Positions 1-10,113 of a DNA stretch of 64,000 bases are shown in pieces. This stretch comes from an uncultured Gammaproteobacteria bacterium (GTDB taxonomy: Bacteria; Patescibacteriota; Microgenomatia; UBA10105; UBA927). The DNA lies in NCBI GenBank assembly GCA_964629685.1, contig CAZVTT010000001.1, forward strand, positions 833,319 to 897,318. The letters run 5' to 3'. The notes below the pieces were generated by a model that saw only the letters and a list, made by a program, of their open reading frames with translations, was not told where the DNA came from and did no database searches. A program made the position numbers and the translations under genes. Each line of letters opens with the position of its first letter. Position 1 is the stretch's first letter.

Positions 1-1
1 C

Positions 2-2578
2 GTGATTGCGATTACCGTGTACGGTGTGGGACAGAAATTTTTGGGGTGGCCGGCATTTCTGACAATGAATGAAGAGTTTGCTAAAGGGTTGCCGTTACGT
101 CTGCCGCCGACTGCCCGTATTCCTTCCACGTTCGGAGGTCATTATGATTTGGCTGCGTATTTGGTGTTGGTAATTCCAATTTTGGGGAGTCTGGCGCTAG
201 GGGTTAAGCGTTGGTGGCAAAAGGGTTTTCTTTTCCTCGTTGCCGTTGCGGGGTATGTTCTCTTGTTATTTACCGCATCGCGAATTTCCTTCGGGGTATA
301 TTTGGTTGCTATCTCCGTTATGTTGATTTGGCAACGAAAATATTTGTTAATCGTTCCGGTAATTGTTTTAAGTTTTGTACTGCTTAATTTTGTAAGCGGT
401 ACTGCAGATAGGTTTTATAAAACACTGAGATATAGCGATGTTATTGTTGATCTTTCAACGGGTAAACCGATCGGTACGCTGGACAAGCTGGAAGGCGGCA
501 GTGCGGTTGTACAAACTCCCGAATCTCCGGCGAAAGAAAGTTTGCCGACCGGAAGTGAGTTCATAAACCTGCCCGTCAAAACGTCTACGAATACTGACAC
601 CATTAAAACGATTGAAATTTATACCAATAAAGATTTAGCTACCGGATCTGGAGAAGTGGCCACAATATCCGGTAGTTTCCTGGTACAAAAAGCGTTAGTT
701 TATGACATATCAATTACCACACGGTTTCAGGGACAATGGCCGCGGGCAATGGAGGCGTTCAGAAGAAATGTTCTCCTCGGAAGCGGGTATTCTTCTTTGT
801 CCGTTGCGGTGGACGGTAACTATCACCGAATGTTAGGTGAAACCGGAATAATTGGAGCAATCGCGTACTTGGGTATCCTGGCATATGCTTTTGCTTTATT
901 TAAGTATGCAAAGTCGGAGCTTGATACGCAAAGTCGTGCCTTTGTAATCGGAGTTTTTGCCGGAATTGTCGGCTTGGCGCTAAATGCTATTTTGATAGAT
1001 GTGTTTGATGCATCAAAAGTGGCATTTTCCATGTGGTTACTGCTTGGAGTAGCGGTAGCAGTGCTATCTGTAAAAACGTATCCGGTATCTTATTTTAAAT
1101 TCCTGAAGTACGTTTTCTTTCATCCTGTTGCGTTCGTATTCTACTTATTCCTGCTGATATTTATTGTATATAGCTCTAGTCTTTCACATTACTTCATCGG
1201 TGATGATTACACCTGGTTAAGATGGGCAGCGCAGAGTACTGCTAATGATATCGGAAGATATTTTACGCATGCGGAAGGATTTTTTTACCGGCCGGTAACA
1301 AAATTCGTGTTTTTTGCTTTATTTTCGGTATTTTGGTTAAAGCCATTCGGCTATCATTTGGTTTCATTATTACTGGTGTTTTTAACTTCAGTATGTGTGT
1401 ACGGATTGCTGCGCCTGCATTCCGTAAGGCGTTCTCTAGCGTGGTCTCTTTCAGCAGTTTTTTCAATATTGGCGATTCACCACGAGAATGTATTTTGGAT
1501 ATCCGGCCTGAGTAGTCTGTTGGCGGCGGCTTCGTTATTTTCCTCATTGGTGTTAATCCGTTTGAGTTCAGGGAGAAGACTGATCAATCGTCTTATTTTA
1601 AGCATACTGGCGGTATGTTTTCTGAGTATATCTATGTTTTCTTATGACGGGCTGCTTATTGCTCCGGTTATCGTGGCCATATTTATGGTGTTTTCAAACA
1701 GAAAGCATTGGATGCCAGCAATTCTCATATTGCTGCTCATACCTGCATATTGGTTTATGCGGTCAAATGCGCAGGCACTATTACCTTCAGGCGACTATGG
1801 GTATAACGTGGCGGCGTTACTGCCCAACATTATGGCAAACGGCGTCGGATATGCGGGTGGAGTTGTTGTCGGTCCAAAGATTATTGAATACCTGGGGTAT
1901 CTTCGTGAAGGGTTGCGGTCTGAAAAGGTAATGTTTACGAATATAGCGGTGGCGATGGGATTGGTGGTTACAGTATTCCTGGTGTGGAAGCGGAATTTAT
2001 TGCTCCGTACCGGTAAAGTATGGATTTGGTTCGTCTTTATGGGTATTGCACTTACACCATATCTAGGTTTAGGTAACACGACCGAAAGATATGCCTTCCT
2101 CGCTTCAGGATTTTTTGTGGTCGGAACGGGAATGTTTTTTGAAGAGCTACTCAGGAAATATAAATCAGGCATTGTGTTGGTTTTGTTACTGGTCGGTCTT
2201 GTTGTAATCGGAATTTGGAATATTTCCGAAACCCGGAGAATAAGTGATGAATGGAAGAAAGCTTCAACCATATCAGAACAAACGCTTCTGGCTATCCGTA
2301 AGGGATACTTCCCATTACGGGAACCAACGTTTTTTGCCTTTGTAAATCCGCCGATACGATACGGTCGTGCGTGGATTTTTCCCACCGGCCTTACGGATGC
2401 GCTTTGGCATATGTTTCGGGAAGGCGCTTATGTTATTTCTATTTTCCCGACAGTTGAGGAAGCGATGAATTATCCGGCGCCGAAACTGGCTCGGGAAGTA
2501 CTGACATTTGATAACTATGTGTTAAAGCGGGTTATCCGCGAAGTATTGCCGGTATCGGAACCTCCGAAAGGAAAATAA
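2..2578 (+). CDS. O-antigen ligase/polymerase-like membrane protein fused to a C-terminal GT-C glycosyltransferase-like domain (5' end probably outside window)
   Basis: N-terminal half has RIPSTFGGHYDLAAYL, FTASRIS and GSGYSS..DGNYHRMLGETGIIG (Wzy_C/WaaL-like). C-terminal half begins YFIGDDYTWL...FFYRP...YHLVSLLL and has many TM helices (GT-C style). ORF starts at the window edge. Confidence 0.65.
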   Translation: MIAITVYGVGQKFLGWPAFLTMNEEFAKGLPLRLPPTARIPSTFGGHYDLAAYLVLVIPILGSLALGVKRWWQKGFLFLVAVAGYVLLLFTASRISFGVYLVAISVMLIWQRKYLLIVPVIVLSFVLLNFVSGTADRFYKTLRYSDVIVDLSTGKPIGTLDKLEGGSAVVQTPESPAKESLPTGSEFINLPVKTSTNTDTIKTIEIYTNKDLATGSGEVATISGSFLVQKALVYDISITTRFQGQWPRAMEAFRRNVLLGSGYSSLSVAVDGNYHRMLGETGIIGAIAYLGILAYAFALFKYAKSELDTQSRAFVIGVFAGIVGLALNAILIDVFDASKVAFSMWLLLGVAVAVLSVKTYPVSYFKFLKYVFFHPVAFVFYLFLLIFIVYSSSLSHYFIGDDYTWLRWAAQSTANDIGRYFTHAEGFFYRPVTKFVFFALFSVFWLKPFGYHLVSLLLVFLTSVCVYGLLRLHSVRRSLAWSLSAVFSILAIHHENVFWISGLSSLLAAASLFSSLVLIRLSSGRRLINRLILSILAVCFLSISMFSYDGLLIAPVIVAIFMVFSNRKHWMPAILILLLIPAYWFMRSNAQALLPSGDYGYNVAALLPNIMANGVGYAGGVVVGPKIIEYLGYLREGLRSEKVMFTNIAVAMGLVVTVFLVWKRNLLLRTGKVWIWFVFMGIALTPYLGLGNTTERYAFLASGFFVVGTGMFFEELLRKYKSGIVLVLLLVGLVVIGIWNISETRRISDEWKKASTISEQTLLAIRKGYFPLREPTFFAFVNPPIRYGRAWIFPTGLTDALWHMFREGAYVISIFPTVEEAMNYPAPKLAREVLTFDNYVLKRVIREVLPVSEPPKGK

Positions 2579-2581
2579 TTC

Positions 2582-4063
2582 ATGCAAGATAAACGGCACG
2601 TTATAGCGCTGCTATTGATGGCTATCTTGGTAATCATTCCCCGATTGTATCGGATAACCGAACCTATCGCTGACTGGCATAGTTGGCGACAGGTTGATAC
2701 TGCTGCAGTGGCCAGAAATTTTTCTAAATATGGCTTTGATATGTTACATCCCCGATACGATGACCTGTCAAATATCCAGTCGGGAAAAGATAATCCAAAT
2801 GGCTGGCGCATGGTCGAATTTCCGATATACCAATCATTGGCGTATGCGGGGTATAGGCTAAGTTCCTGGGGAACGATTGAAGTATGGCTTAGAGTTGTAA
2901 GTATAATTTCATCCGTAATTAGCGCTTTAGGATTGGTTATGCTCTTACGACGAGTAAGCGGAAACATAGCCGGATACGCGACGGGAATATTTTTTGCGGT
3001 GTTGCCATATAGTATTTATTACGGCAGAAGTACCCTACCCGAACCGACAGCGGTAGCTTTCGCAATCTTGGCTGTATTTTTTGCAGAGTTAGCTACAAAA
3101 AACGGTGTTTTTACACGAAGAATATATCTCTATTGGCTCGTGTCAGCATTCATGGCCGCTGCAGCAGTATTGGTGAAACCTACGGCCGCATTTTTACTTT
3201 CGCCGATACTCTATCTCGGAATACGCCAACTCGTATTACGGAAAAAATTATGGTGGTTTATGCTTCTATGTGCAGCAGTAGCAGTACTACCGCTTTATAC
3301 GTGGAGACAGTGGATACTGCAGTTTCCCGAAGGTATACCCGTGTATGCATGGCTATTGAATGAAGGAAATATCCGTTTAAAGGGTGCATGGTTTTATTGG
3401 CTTTTTGCTAAACGAATAGCAGAATTAATGCTGGGATATTGGGGAATCGTATTTGTTGCCCTCGGGTTAGCAGTAAAGGGCGTTAAACACGAAATGGCAA
3501 TATTTTACGGTTGGCTTATAGGTGGTCTGGCGTATTTAATTATTTTTGCCCGTGGAAATGTCCAGCATGATTATTATCAGGTAATTATTCTTCCCGTCAT
3601 TTGTATTGCTTTGGCGAAGGGAGTGGGTTTTCTGTTGACGAAACAAACCGGTATAAGTCGTATACCAGCCTATGGAATTGTTATGCTATGCAGCGGATTT
3701 ATGTTGGCGTTTTCCTGGTATACCGTTAGGACCTACTATTGGATAAACCGGCCGGAAATTGTTGAAGCGGGGAAAGCTGCTGACGCATTGTTACCGCCAG
3801 ATGCAAAGGTGATTGCTTCATATAATGGAGATACGACATTTTTGTATCAAACGAATCGACAGGGGTGGCCGCTCGGTTTTGAAATAGACAAAAAAATCGC
3901 TGCCGGTGCAACACATTACGTGACTGTCTCACCTTCCGACAGCGACGGAGAAACCAGAGCGCTTATATCCGAATATACCGTAATTGTGCGGAACGATAAG
4001 TTTGCCATAATAGATTTACGGTACCCGAATAAACTTAAGCATTTGCCTGTGGAACAGAACTAA
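2582..4063 (+). CDS. GT-C superfamily (ArnT/PMT-like) membrane glycosyltransferase
   Basis: Polytopic membrane protein with DWHSWRQVDT first loop, EFPIY, YYGRSTLPE, LVKP and HDYY motifs. Confidence 0.75.
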   Translation: MQDKRHVIALLLMAILVIIPRLYRITEPIADWHSWRQVDTAAVARNFSKYGFDMLHPRYDDLSNIQSGKDNPNGWRMVEFPIYQSLAYAGYRLSSWGTIEVWLRVVSIISSVISALGLVMLLRRVSGNIAGYATGIFFAVLPYSIYYGRSTLPEPTAVAFAILAVFFAELATKNGVFTRRIYLYWLVSAFMAAAAVLVKPTAAFLLSPILYLGIRQLVLRKKLWWFMLLCAAVAVLPLYTWRQWILQFPEGIPVYAWLLNEGNIRLKGAWFYWLFAKRIAELMLGYWGIVFVALGLAVKGVKHEMAIFYGWLIGGLAYLIIFARGNVQHDYYQVIILPVICIALAKGVGFLLTKQTGISRIPAYGIVMLCSGFMLAFSWYTVRTYYWINRPEIVEAGKAADALLPPDAKVIASYNGDTTFLYQTNRQGWPLGFEIDKKIAAGATHYVTVSPSDSDGETRALISEYTVIVRNDKFAIIDLRYPNKLKHLPVEQN

Positions 4064-4077
4064 GATTGTTGTTATTT

Positions 4078-5295
4078 ATGAATGTCCTTTTCGTTTCCGC
4101 TGTTTTTCCATATCCGCTTTACTCCGGTGGTCAGGTCCGTATCTATAATTTGCTTAAACGGTTGGGATCAAAACATTCCATAACGTTATGTACGTTTATT
4201 CGTGATGAGTCTGAACGCGTTCATATCCGTCATCTGCCGTTTTGTTCTGCCGTTCATACCATTTATCGCGGTAAGGCTTGGCAACTGAAATATATGGCTG
4301 CGGCAGCATTTACGGATTATCCGTTTCTTTTTTGTACGTATGCTAATACTGGTATGAAATCGTTAATCGGAGATCTGATTACGCGCAATACTATTGATTT
4401 AATACACATTGAACCCGGTTACACGTGGCCGTCATTACCGGATTTATCCCTCCCGGTAGTAGTCGGGGAGCATAATATTGAGCATGAAGTATATCAGCTG
4501 TTTGCTAATTCCGTCCGCATGCCTTTCATAAGACCGTTACTTGGTATAGATATTCGTAAAATGAAACATTGGGAGCAACGTGTATGGAAATCCGCGGATA
4601 GGATTGCAGCGGTTTCCGATAATGATGCGAAATATATTGCTGGTAGGGTTGATACTCCGCTGGACATCGTTCCGAATGGCGTTGATCCTTCAGTATTACA
4701 CTTCAATCCACGCAAACGAGCTGAAAATGCGTCTCCGGTGGTATTATTTGTAGGTAATTTTTCCTGGCTACAGAATCGGGATGCATTGAATTATATTTTG
4801 GATGATATATGGCCACGAATGAGTGAACGTATCCCAAAGCTCAAACTGCGCATAGTAGGAAGAGGTATTCCTGGTGATCTGAGACAAAAGACACGAGGTG
4901 ATCGTATCGAGTTAGAAGAACATGCGGAGAATATAGTATCGGAATTCCACAGTGCGGATGCATTGTTAGCGCCGATTAGGATTGGTGGGGGAACTAAGTT
5001 TAAAATACTTGAGGCCATGGCTTGCGGATTGCCGGTCATAACCAGCATGCTAGGGTTTTCCGGAATAAAGGGAACCGCAGATCGTGAATATCTGGAAGCG
5101 GAAACACCTGATCAATTTATACATTCCGTGCAACGGGTGTTAACTGATAGTCAGTTACGACAGCGGATTACCGAAAGCGCGCGTAGATTAATAGAGAATG
5201 ATTATAATTGGACTAGTATTGCTGATATGTTGAATAAAACCTGGATTACTACCTATGAACAATTCCATAGTACCGCTCACCATCATCATCGTTAA
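4078..5295 (+). CDS. Glycosyltransferase family 4
   Basis: FPYPLYSGG N-terminus, EHNIE, VPNGVD, GGGTKFKILEAMACGLPV. ATG at 4078 preferred over TTG 4066. Confidence 0.9.
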   Translation: MNVLFVSAVFPYPLYSGGQVRIYNLLKRLGSKHSITLCTFIRDESERVHIRHLPFCSAVHTIYRGKAWQLKYMAAAAFTDYPFLFCTYANTGMKSLIGDLITRNTIDLIHIEPGYTWPSLPDLSLPVVVGEHNIEHEVYQLFANSVRMPFIRPLLGIDIRKMKHWEQRVWKSADRIAAVSDNDAKYIAGRVDTPLDIVPNGVDPSVLHFNPRKRAENASPVVLFVGNFSWLQNRDALNYILDDIWPRMSERIPKLKLRIVGRGIPGDLRQKTRGDRIELEEHAENIVSEFHSADALLAPIRIGGGTKFKILEAMACGLPVITSMLGFSGIKGTADREYLEAETPDQFIHSVQRVLTDSQLRQRITESARRLIENDYNWTSIADMLNKTWITTYEQFHSTAHHHHR

Positions 5296-6133
5296 CTATA
5301 ATACCCGGGATTTACTCCTTGCGTGCCTGGAAAGTATAGAGACGAAAAAACATCCTGAATGGGAAATTATCGTTGTCGATAACGGATCATTGGATAGCAG
5401 TGTCTCTGATGTAAAACGTAAGTTTCAGGCTGTAAGAATTATTGAAAACAAAGAAAATTTAGGATTTGCGGCTGCAAATAATCAGGCAATACGGGTTGCA
5501 AAAGGATCGTGTGTGTTGCTCCTCAATTCGGATACGGAAGTACAGGATAACGCTATAGAAAAAACGTTGCTTTTCTTAGAAGAACACGCGGAGTATGGTG
5601 CGGTAACATGTCGTCTTCGTCTGCCAAATGGGTTATTGGATCCTGCCGGTCATAGAGGATTTCCCACCCCGTGGGCAGCGCTAACGTATTTTTTTGGTTT
5701 GGAAAAAGTATTTCCCAACTCAGTAGTCTTTGGGCAATATCATCAGGGATATAAAGACTTTGCCGTTACCCATGACATTGATTGTCCCAGTGGAGCGTTT
5801 TTCCTGGTTCGGCGTAAAGTGATAGATCACGTGGGGCTGCTGGACGAAGATTTTTTCATGTACGGAGAGGATATTGATTGGGCATATCGGATGAAAGAAA
5901 AACGGTACAGAATTGCCTATTATCCTGCGGCAACAGTGTTACATAGAAAAAAGCAGAGTGGCAGGTCAAGTACCTCAAGCGAATTGAAATTAAGAATACA
6001 GCGATATTTTTATCAGACTATGATTCAGTTCTATAAAAAACACTATACGAAGCGTTACCCTGCTGCGGTATCTTTATTGATAATTTTTTTTATTAGATTG
6101 AGGATTAAACTCCTGGAGTTGTTACATATATGA
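5255..6133 (+). CDS. Glycosyltransferase family 2 (WbbL/rhamnosyltransferase-like)
   Basis: IIIVNYNT, VVDNGS, NLGFAAANN, LLNSD, DEDFFMYGEDIDW. Confidence 0.9.
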   Translation: MNNSIVPLTIIIVNYNTRDLLLACLESIETKKHPEWEIIVVDNGSLDSSVSDVKRKFQAVRIIENKENLGFAAANNQAIRVAKGSCVLLLNSDTEVQDNAIEKTLLFLEEHAEYGAVTCRLRLPNGLLDPAGHRGFPTPWAALTYFFGLEKVFPNSVVFGQYHQGYKDFAVTHDIDCPSGAFFLVRRKVIDHVGLLDEDFFMYGEDIDWAYRMKEKRYRIAYYPAATVLHRKKQSGRSSTSSELKLRIQRYFYQTMIQFYKKHYTKRYPAAVSLLIIFFIRLRIKLLELLHI

Positions 6134-7242
6134 GAATTGGGATAGATGCGCGCTTAATACGGCAAACAGGTGTGGGACGGTATATTAGAAATTTGTTACG
6201 GGAACTCAGGGAAATTGATACAAAAAATGAGTACGTCGTATTTGTCCGAAGCGAGGATAAAGCATTGGTTGAACCGGGAAAGCGCTGGCGGATTGAAACA
6301 TTAAACGTTCACTGGCATACACTTGCCGAACAATTGCAAATGCCGATTACGTTTTTGCGTGCGCATTTGGACGTGGTGCATATTCCCTATTTTACTATTC
6401 CATTGTTATACCCCGGTCGGATGATCGTCACTATTCATGACCTTACGGTATTACATGTGAATACCGGTAAGGCATCTACACTACCGTATCCGCTCTATCA
6501 ATTGCGGAGACTCGGGTATACGTTTATCCTGAAATACGGTTTGGCAAAAGCAGAAAAAATATTAGCGGTATCTCAAGCTACGAAGCAAGATATTATAACA
6601 TCATGCCATACTCCCGAGGAAAAAATAATTGTTACCTATGAAGGAATTGATCCGGTATTTTTATCCCAACCGAAAATTCCTTCTGTACATAAGCCAACAA
6701 AACCATTTTTTTTGTACGTAGGCAATGCATATCCGCATAAAAATCTAGAGACAATATTACTGGCATTCCGAAAATTAAAAGACAATCATGGTACACTTCC
6801 CTATACTTTAAAATGTGTAGGAGTGTCGGATTATTTTTACCGCCGAATGCAGCAATCCGAATTAGTGAACTCGCTTGGAACAGCGGTTGAATTTACAGGT
6901 CCCGTTGCAGATAATCAGCTATTGGCCTATTACGATCAGGCGATGGCACTGGTTTTTCCTTCTGTGATGGAAGGGTTTGGTTTGCCGGCGTTAGAAGCTG
7001 TTGCCCGAGGTTGCCCTGTACTGTGTTCCGATATTCCGGTTTTTCATGAATTATTGGGTTCATCCGTACAATATATTCAGGCGAAAGACACTACTGCCTG
7101 GGCAAATTCAATAGATGCCGTTGGGCGTAATCCGCGAAAAAGTGAAATGAACTCAGAACTTAGTGTGCGGTTCAATTGGCGGGTTATGGCTGAACTTACT
7201 TTACATACATATGAACGTGGCAATAGTGTACGATCGGATTAA
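6130..7242 (+). CDS. Glycosyltransferase family 4 (mannosyltransferase-like)
   Basis: MRIGIDAR..TGVGRY, VTIHDL, PHKNL, FPSVMEGFGLPALEA. Confidence 0.9.
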   Translation: MRIGIDARLIRQTGVGRYIRNLLRELREIDTKNEYVVFVRSEDKALVEPGKRWRIETLNVHWHTLAEQLQMPITFLRAHLDVVHIPYFTIPLLYPGRMIVTIHDLTVLHVNTGKASTLPYPLYQLRRLGYTFILKYGLAKAEKILAVSQATKQDIITSCHTPEEKIIVTYEGIDPVFLSQPKIPSVHKPTKPFFLYVGNAYPHKNLETILLAFRKLKDNHGTLPYTLKCVGVSDYFYRRMQQSELVNSLGTAVEFTGPVADNQLLAYYDQAMALVFPSVMEGFGLPALEAVARGCPVLCSDIPVFHELLGSSVQYIQAKDTTAWANSIDAVGRNPRKSEMNSELSVRFNWRVMAELTLHTYERGNSVRSD

Positions 7243-8323
7243 TAAATTTGGCGGAGCTGAACGGGTACTCCTGGCTTTGCACGAAATATGGCCCAAGGCA
7301 CCGTTATACACGGCGGTATACGATTCCGGCAGAGCGAAATGGGCAGACGTTTTCACTATACATCCTTCGTTTTTGCAGCATGTCCCGTTTGCCAGAACAT
7401 TGCACGAACTTTATCCGTGGGCAACGCCGATGGCGTTTGAGACGTTTGATTTTGCCGGTTACGATTGTGTTATTAGCGTCACTTCTGCTGAGGCTAAAGG
7501 GGTAATAACTCATCCCGATACGGTGCATATTTGTTATTGCCTTACACCTACCAGATATTTATGGAGTGGGTATGAAGAATATATTACGCATCCCGGTCTG
7601 GGTGTTTTTAGTTCCCTGGGTAGTTTTTTCCTGCGAAAGGGAGTAGGAATGCTTCGCGAGTGGGATAGCAGTGCAGCTCAACGTCCTGATTATTATATTG
7701 CTATATCCGAACTTGTTAAAAAAAGAATTGAGAAGTATTATAGGCGCTCTGTGGATGCAGTTATCTATCCTCCTGTGGAAACAGACACGTTTACTCCCGG
7801 GAAGAATTCGGATAACTATTACATTACCGTAGCTCGTTTAGTCGGATACAAACGGGTAGATTTGCTTATCGCGGCAGCAAACCGGCTGCACGTTCCCTTA
7901 GTGGTCATAGGAGACGGACTTGAACTAAATCGATTACGGAAAATGGCCGGTCCCACCGTGCGTATTATTAGCTCAAAATTGACAGATAGGGAATTAGCTG
8001 CCTATTATCAAAGAAGTAGAGCGTTTTTATTTGCCGGGGAAGAAGATTTTGGCATTACGGCTGTTGAAGCGCAAGCTTGTGGCAAATCGGTTTTAGCTTT
8101 CGCCCGTAGTGGTATGGCTGAAATAGTCAGGGAAGGGAAGACGGGTTTGTTATATAAAGAACAGACCGTGGCAGCAGTGTGTGCTGGAATTCAACAGTTG
8201 AATAAGGTACACTTTAGCCCTGAACTCTGTCGCGAAAACGCTATTCGTTTTAGCAAAAAGCGGTTTCAAGACGAGTTCAAAATGTTTGTCGAACAGAGAG
8301 TTGCGGCAGAAAGGAAAGAGTAG
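7211..8323 (+). CDS. Glycosyltransferase family 4 (WbaZ-like mannosyltransferase)
   Basis: GGAERVL, CYCLTPTRYLW, EEDFGITAVEAQACG. Start moved to ATG 7211. Confidence 0.88.
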   Translation: MNVAIVYDRINKFGGAERVLLALHEIWPKAPLYTAVYDSGRAKWADVFTIHPSFLQHVPFARTLHELYPWATPMAFETFDFAGYDCVISVTSAEAKGVITHPDTVHICYCLTPTRYLWSGYEEYITHPGLGVFSSLGSFFLRKGVGMLREWDSSAAQRPDYYIAISELVKKRIEKYYRRSVDAVIYPPVETDTFTPGKNSDNYYITVARLVGYKRVDLLIAAANRLHVPLVVIGDGLELNRLRKMAGPTVRIISSKLTDRELAAYYQRSRAFLFAGEEDFGITAVEAQACGKSVLAFARSGMAEIVREGKTGLLYKEQTVAAVCAGIQQLNKVHFSPELCRENAIRFSKKRFQDEFKMFVEQRVAAERKE

Positions 8324-8326
8324 TTT

Positions 8327-9409
8327 ATGAAGGCTGTTATATTTGCAGGTGGAGTCGGTACACGTTTATGGCCATTGTCTCGGAAGAAATCACCCAAACA
8401 GTTTGAAAAAATTGTCGGTGATAAATCCACATTGCAACTTGCAGCATTACGATTGCAACCTGATTTTAAATGGAATGATATTTTTGTATCGACAGGTGCT
8501 TCGTACGTTTCTATCGTTCAGACACAGCTTGACAGAATGCCACCGGTAAACGTTGTCGGTGAGCCCACCATGCGAGATGTCGGTCCTGCCGTTGGTCTTA
8601 TTACGTCAATTTTGGTAAAAGAATCGCCAAATGAACCCATGGTCATTCTTTGGAGTGATCATTTGGTACGTAAAGAAGAATTATTCCGGAAAATATTAAG
8701 TGCTGCAGGTGAAATCGTAGCCGCAGATCCGGATAAAATAATTTTCGTTTCCCAGAAACCCCGTTTTGCGAGTGAAAATTTGGGGTGGATAGAGTATGGC
8801 GATGCACAAGTTTCAAAAAACGGAATTCAATTGCATTCCTTTAAGAATTTTCAATATCGTCCGAATAAAGAAACGGCTGAACGATATTTTTCCAGCGGCC
8901 ATCATGCGTGGAATCTGGGCTATTTCGTAACGACGCCTAAGTTTCTTTGGGAGCAGTATAAACGGTTTGCACCCAATCTCTATGATGGTTTAAGCAGAAT
9001 AGGTGCTTCCTGGAGAACTTCACGATATGAAGATACCTTAAACGAAATATACCCAACGCTGGAAAAAATTAGTTTCGACAATGCTATTCTGGAGAAATTG
9101 GATCCTTCTCAGGCATTAGTTATTTCCGAAAATATTGAATGGAGTGATGTCGGGGCGTGGGAAGCACTAAAAGAAGCTCTGCAAAAATCTCAGGATAACA
9201 ACGTTACACAGGGGAAGGTATTACTCACCGACACAAATGATTCTCTCGTATATAATTACACTGATCAGATGGTAGTTACTATAGACGTTGACGATCTGTT
9301 GGTTGTAAACACAGATGATGTGGTTATGGTTTGTCGAAAAACATCAGTTCCGAAGATTAAAAAATTGGTTGAAAGTCTTGCCGGAACTGAAAATGAGCAT
9401 TTGACTTAA
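8327..9409 (+). CDS. manC: Mannose-1-phosphate guanylyltransferase
   Basis: AGGVGTRLWPLSRKKSPKQF, WSDH, ISFDNAILEK, WSDVGAW. Confidence 0.88.
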   Translation: MKAVIFAGGVGTRLWPLSRKKSPKQFEKIVGDKSTLQLAALRLQPDFKWNDIFVSTGASYVSIVQTQLDRMPPVNVVGEPTMRDVGPAVGLITSILVKESPNEPMVILWSDHLVRKEELFRKILSAAGEIVAADPDKIIFVSQKPRFASENLGWIEYGDAQVSKNGIQLHSFKNFQYRPNKETAERYFSSGHHAWNLGYFVTTPKFLWEQYKRFAPNLYDGLSRIGASWRTSRYEDTLNEIYPTLEKISFDNAILEKLDPSQALVISENIEWSDVGAWEALKEALQKSQDNNVTQGKVLLTDTNDSLVYNYTDQMVVTIDVDDLLVVNTDDVVMVCRKTSVPKIKKLVESLAGTENEHLT

Positions 9410-9422
9410 TGCCCGATTACTT

Positions 9423-10058
9423 ATGTACGATGTTATAAAACGTTACATTGATATTGCCGGCAGCCTGTTATTAATGATTGTCTTTTCACCTATCTGTTTG
9501 CTGACTACGTTAGCGATAAAATTAGACAGTCCGGGTCCAATTCTTGCGGATACCCCTAAGAGGGTGGGCCAAAATGGGAGACCGTTTAAGCTTTACAAAT
9601 TCCGTTCGATGATTGCTAACGCGCACGAGCGGTTGCGGAAAGATCCAAAAATGGCCAAACTGTATAGCGAGTATAAACATAACAGCTATAAACTCCGTGA
9701 AGACCCGCGTATAACGAGGGTCGGCAGGTTTATCCGGAAACATTCCGTTGATGAAGTTCCGCAACTCGTGAATGTACTAAAGGGAGAAATGAGCTTGGTC
9801 GGACCTCGGCCGTACTATCCCGATGAACTTGTAGAACAGCAGCGGAAATATCCGCAGACCCGGGAATTGGTTAAAGTAGTACTTTCTGCCAAGCCAGGGA
9901 TGACCGGATACTGGCAAGTCTCAGGGAGAAGTGAAGTTAATTTTGACAAACGGATTAAAATGGATGCTGATTATGTACGTAAGCGATCCGTACTTTTTGA
10001 TATACTTATTTTACTAAAAAGTCCTTGGGCAATGATATCCGGAAAAGGTGCTGTTTAG
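9423..10058 (+). CDS. Polyprenyl-phosphate phosphoglycosyl transferase (bacterial sugar transferase, priming enzyme)
   Basis: KRYIDI, KFRSM, DPRITRVGRFIRKHSVDEVPQLVNVLKGEMSLVGPRP, KPGMTGYWQVSGR. Confidence 0.93.
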   Translation: MYDVIKRYIDIAGSLLLMIVFSPICLLTTLAIKLDSPGPILADTPKRVGQNGRPFKLYKFRSMIANAHERLRKDPKMAKLYSEYKHNSYKLREDPRITRVGRFIRKHSVDEVPQLVNVLKGEMSLVGPRPYYPDELVEQQRKYPQTRELVKVVLSAKPGMTGYWQVSGRSEVNFDKRIKMDADYVRKRSVLFDILILLKSPWAMISGKGAV

Positions 10059-10113
10059 TACAAATCTTCCGTACTATTTGACTTTTAACGATAACTTATA
10101 AACAATAGACACT

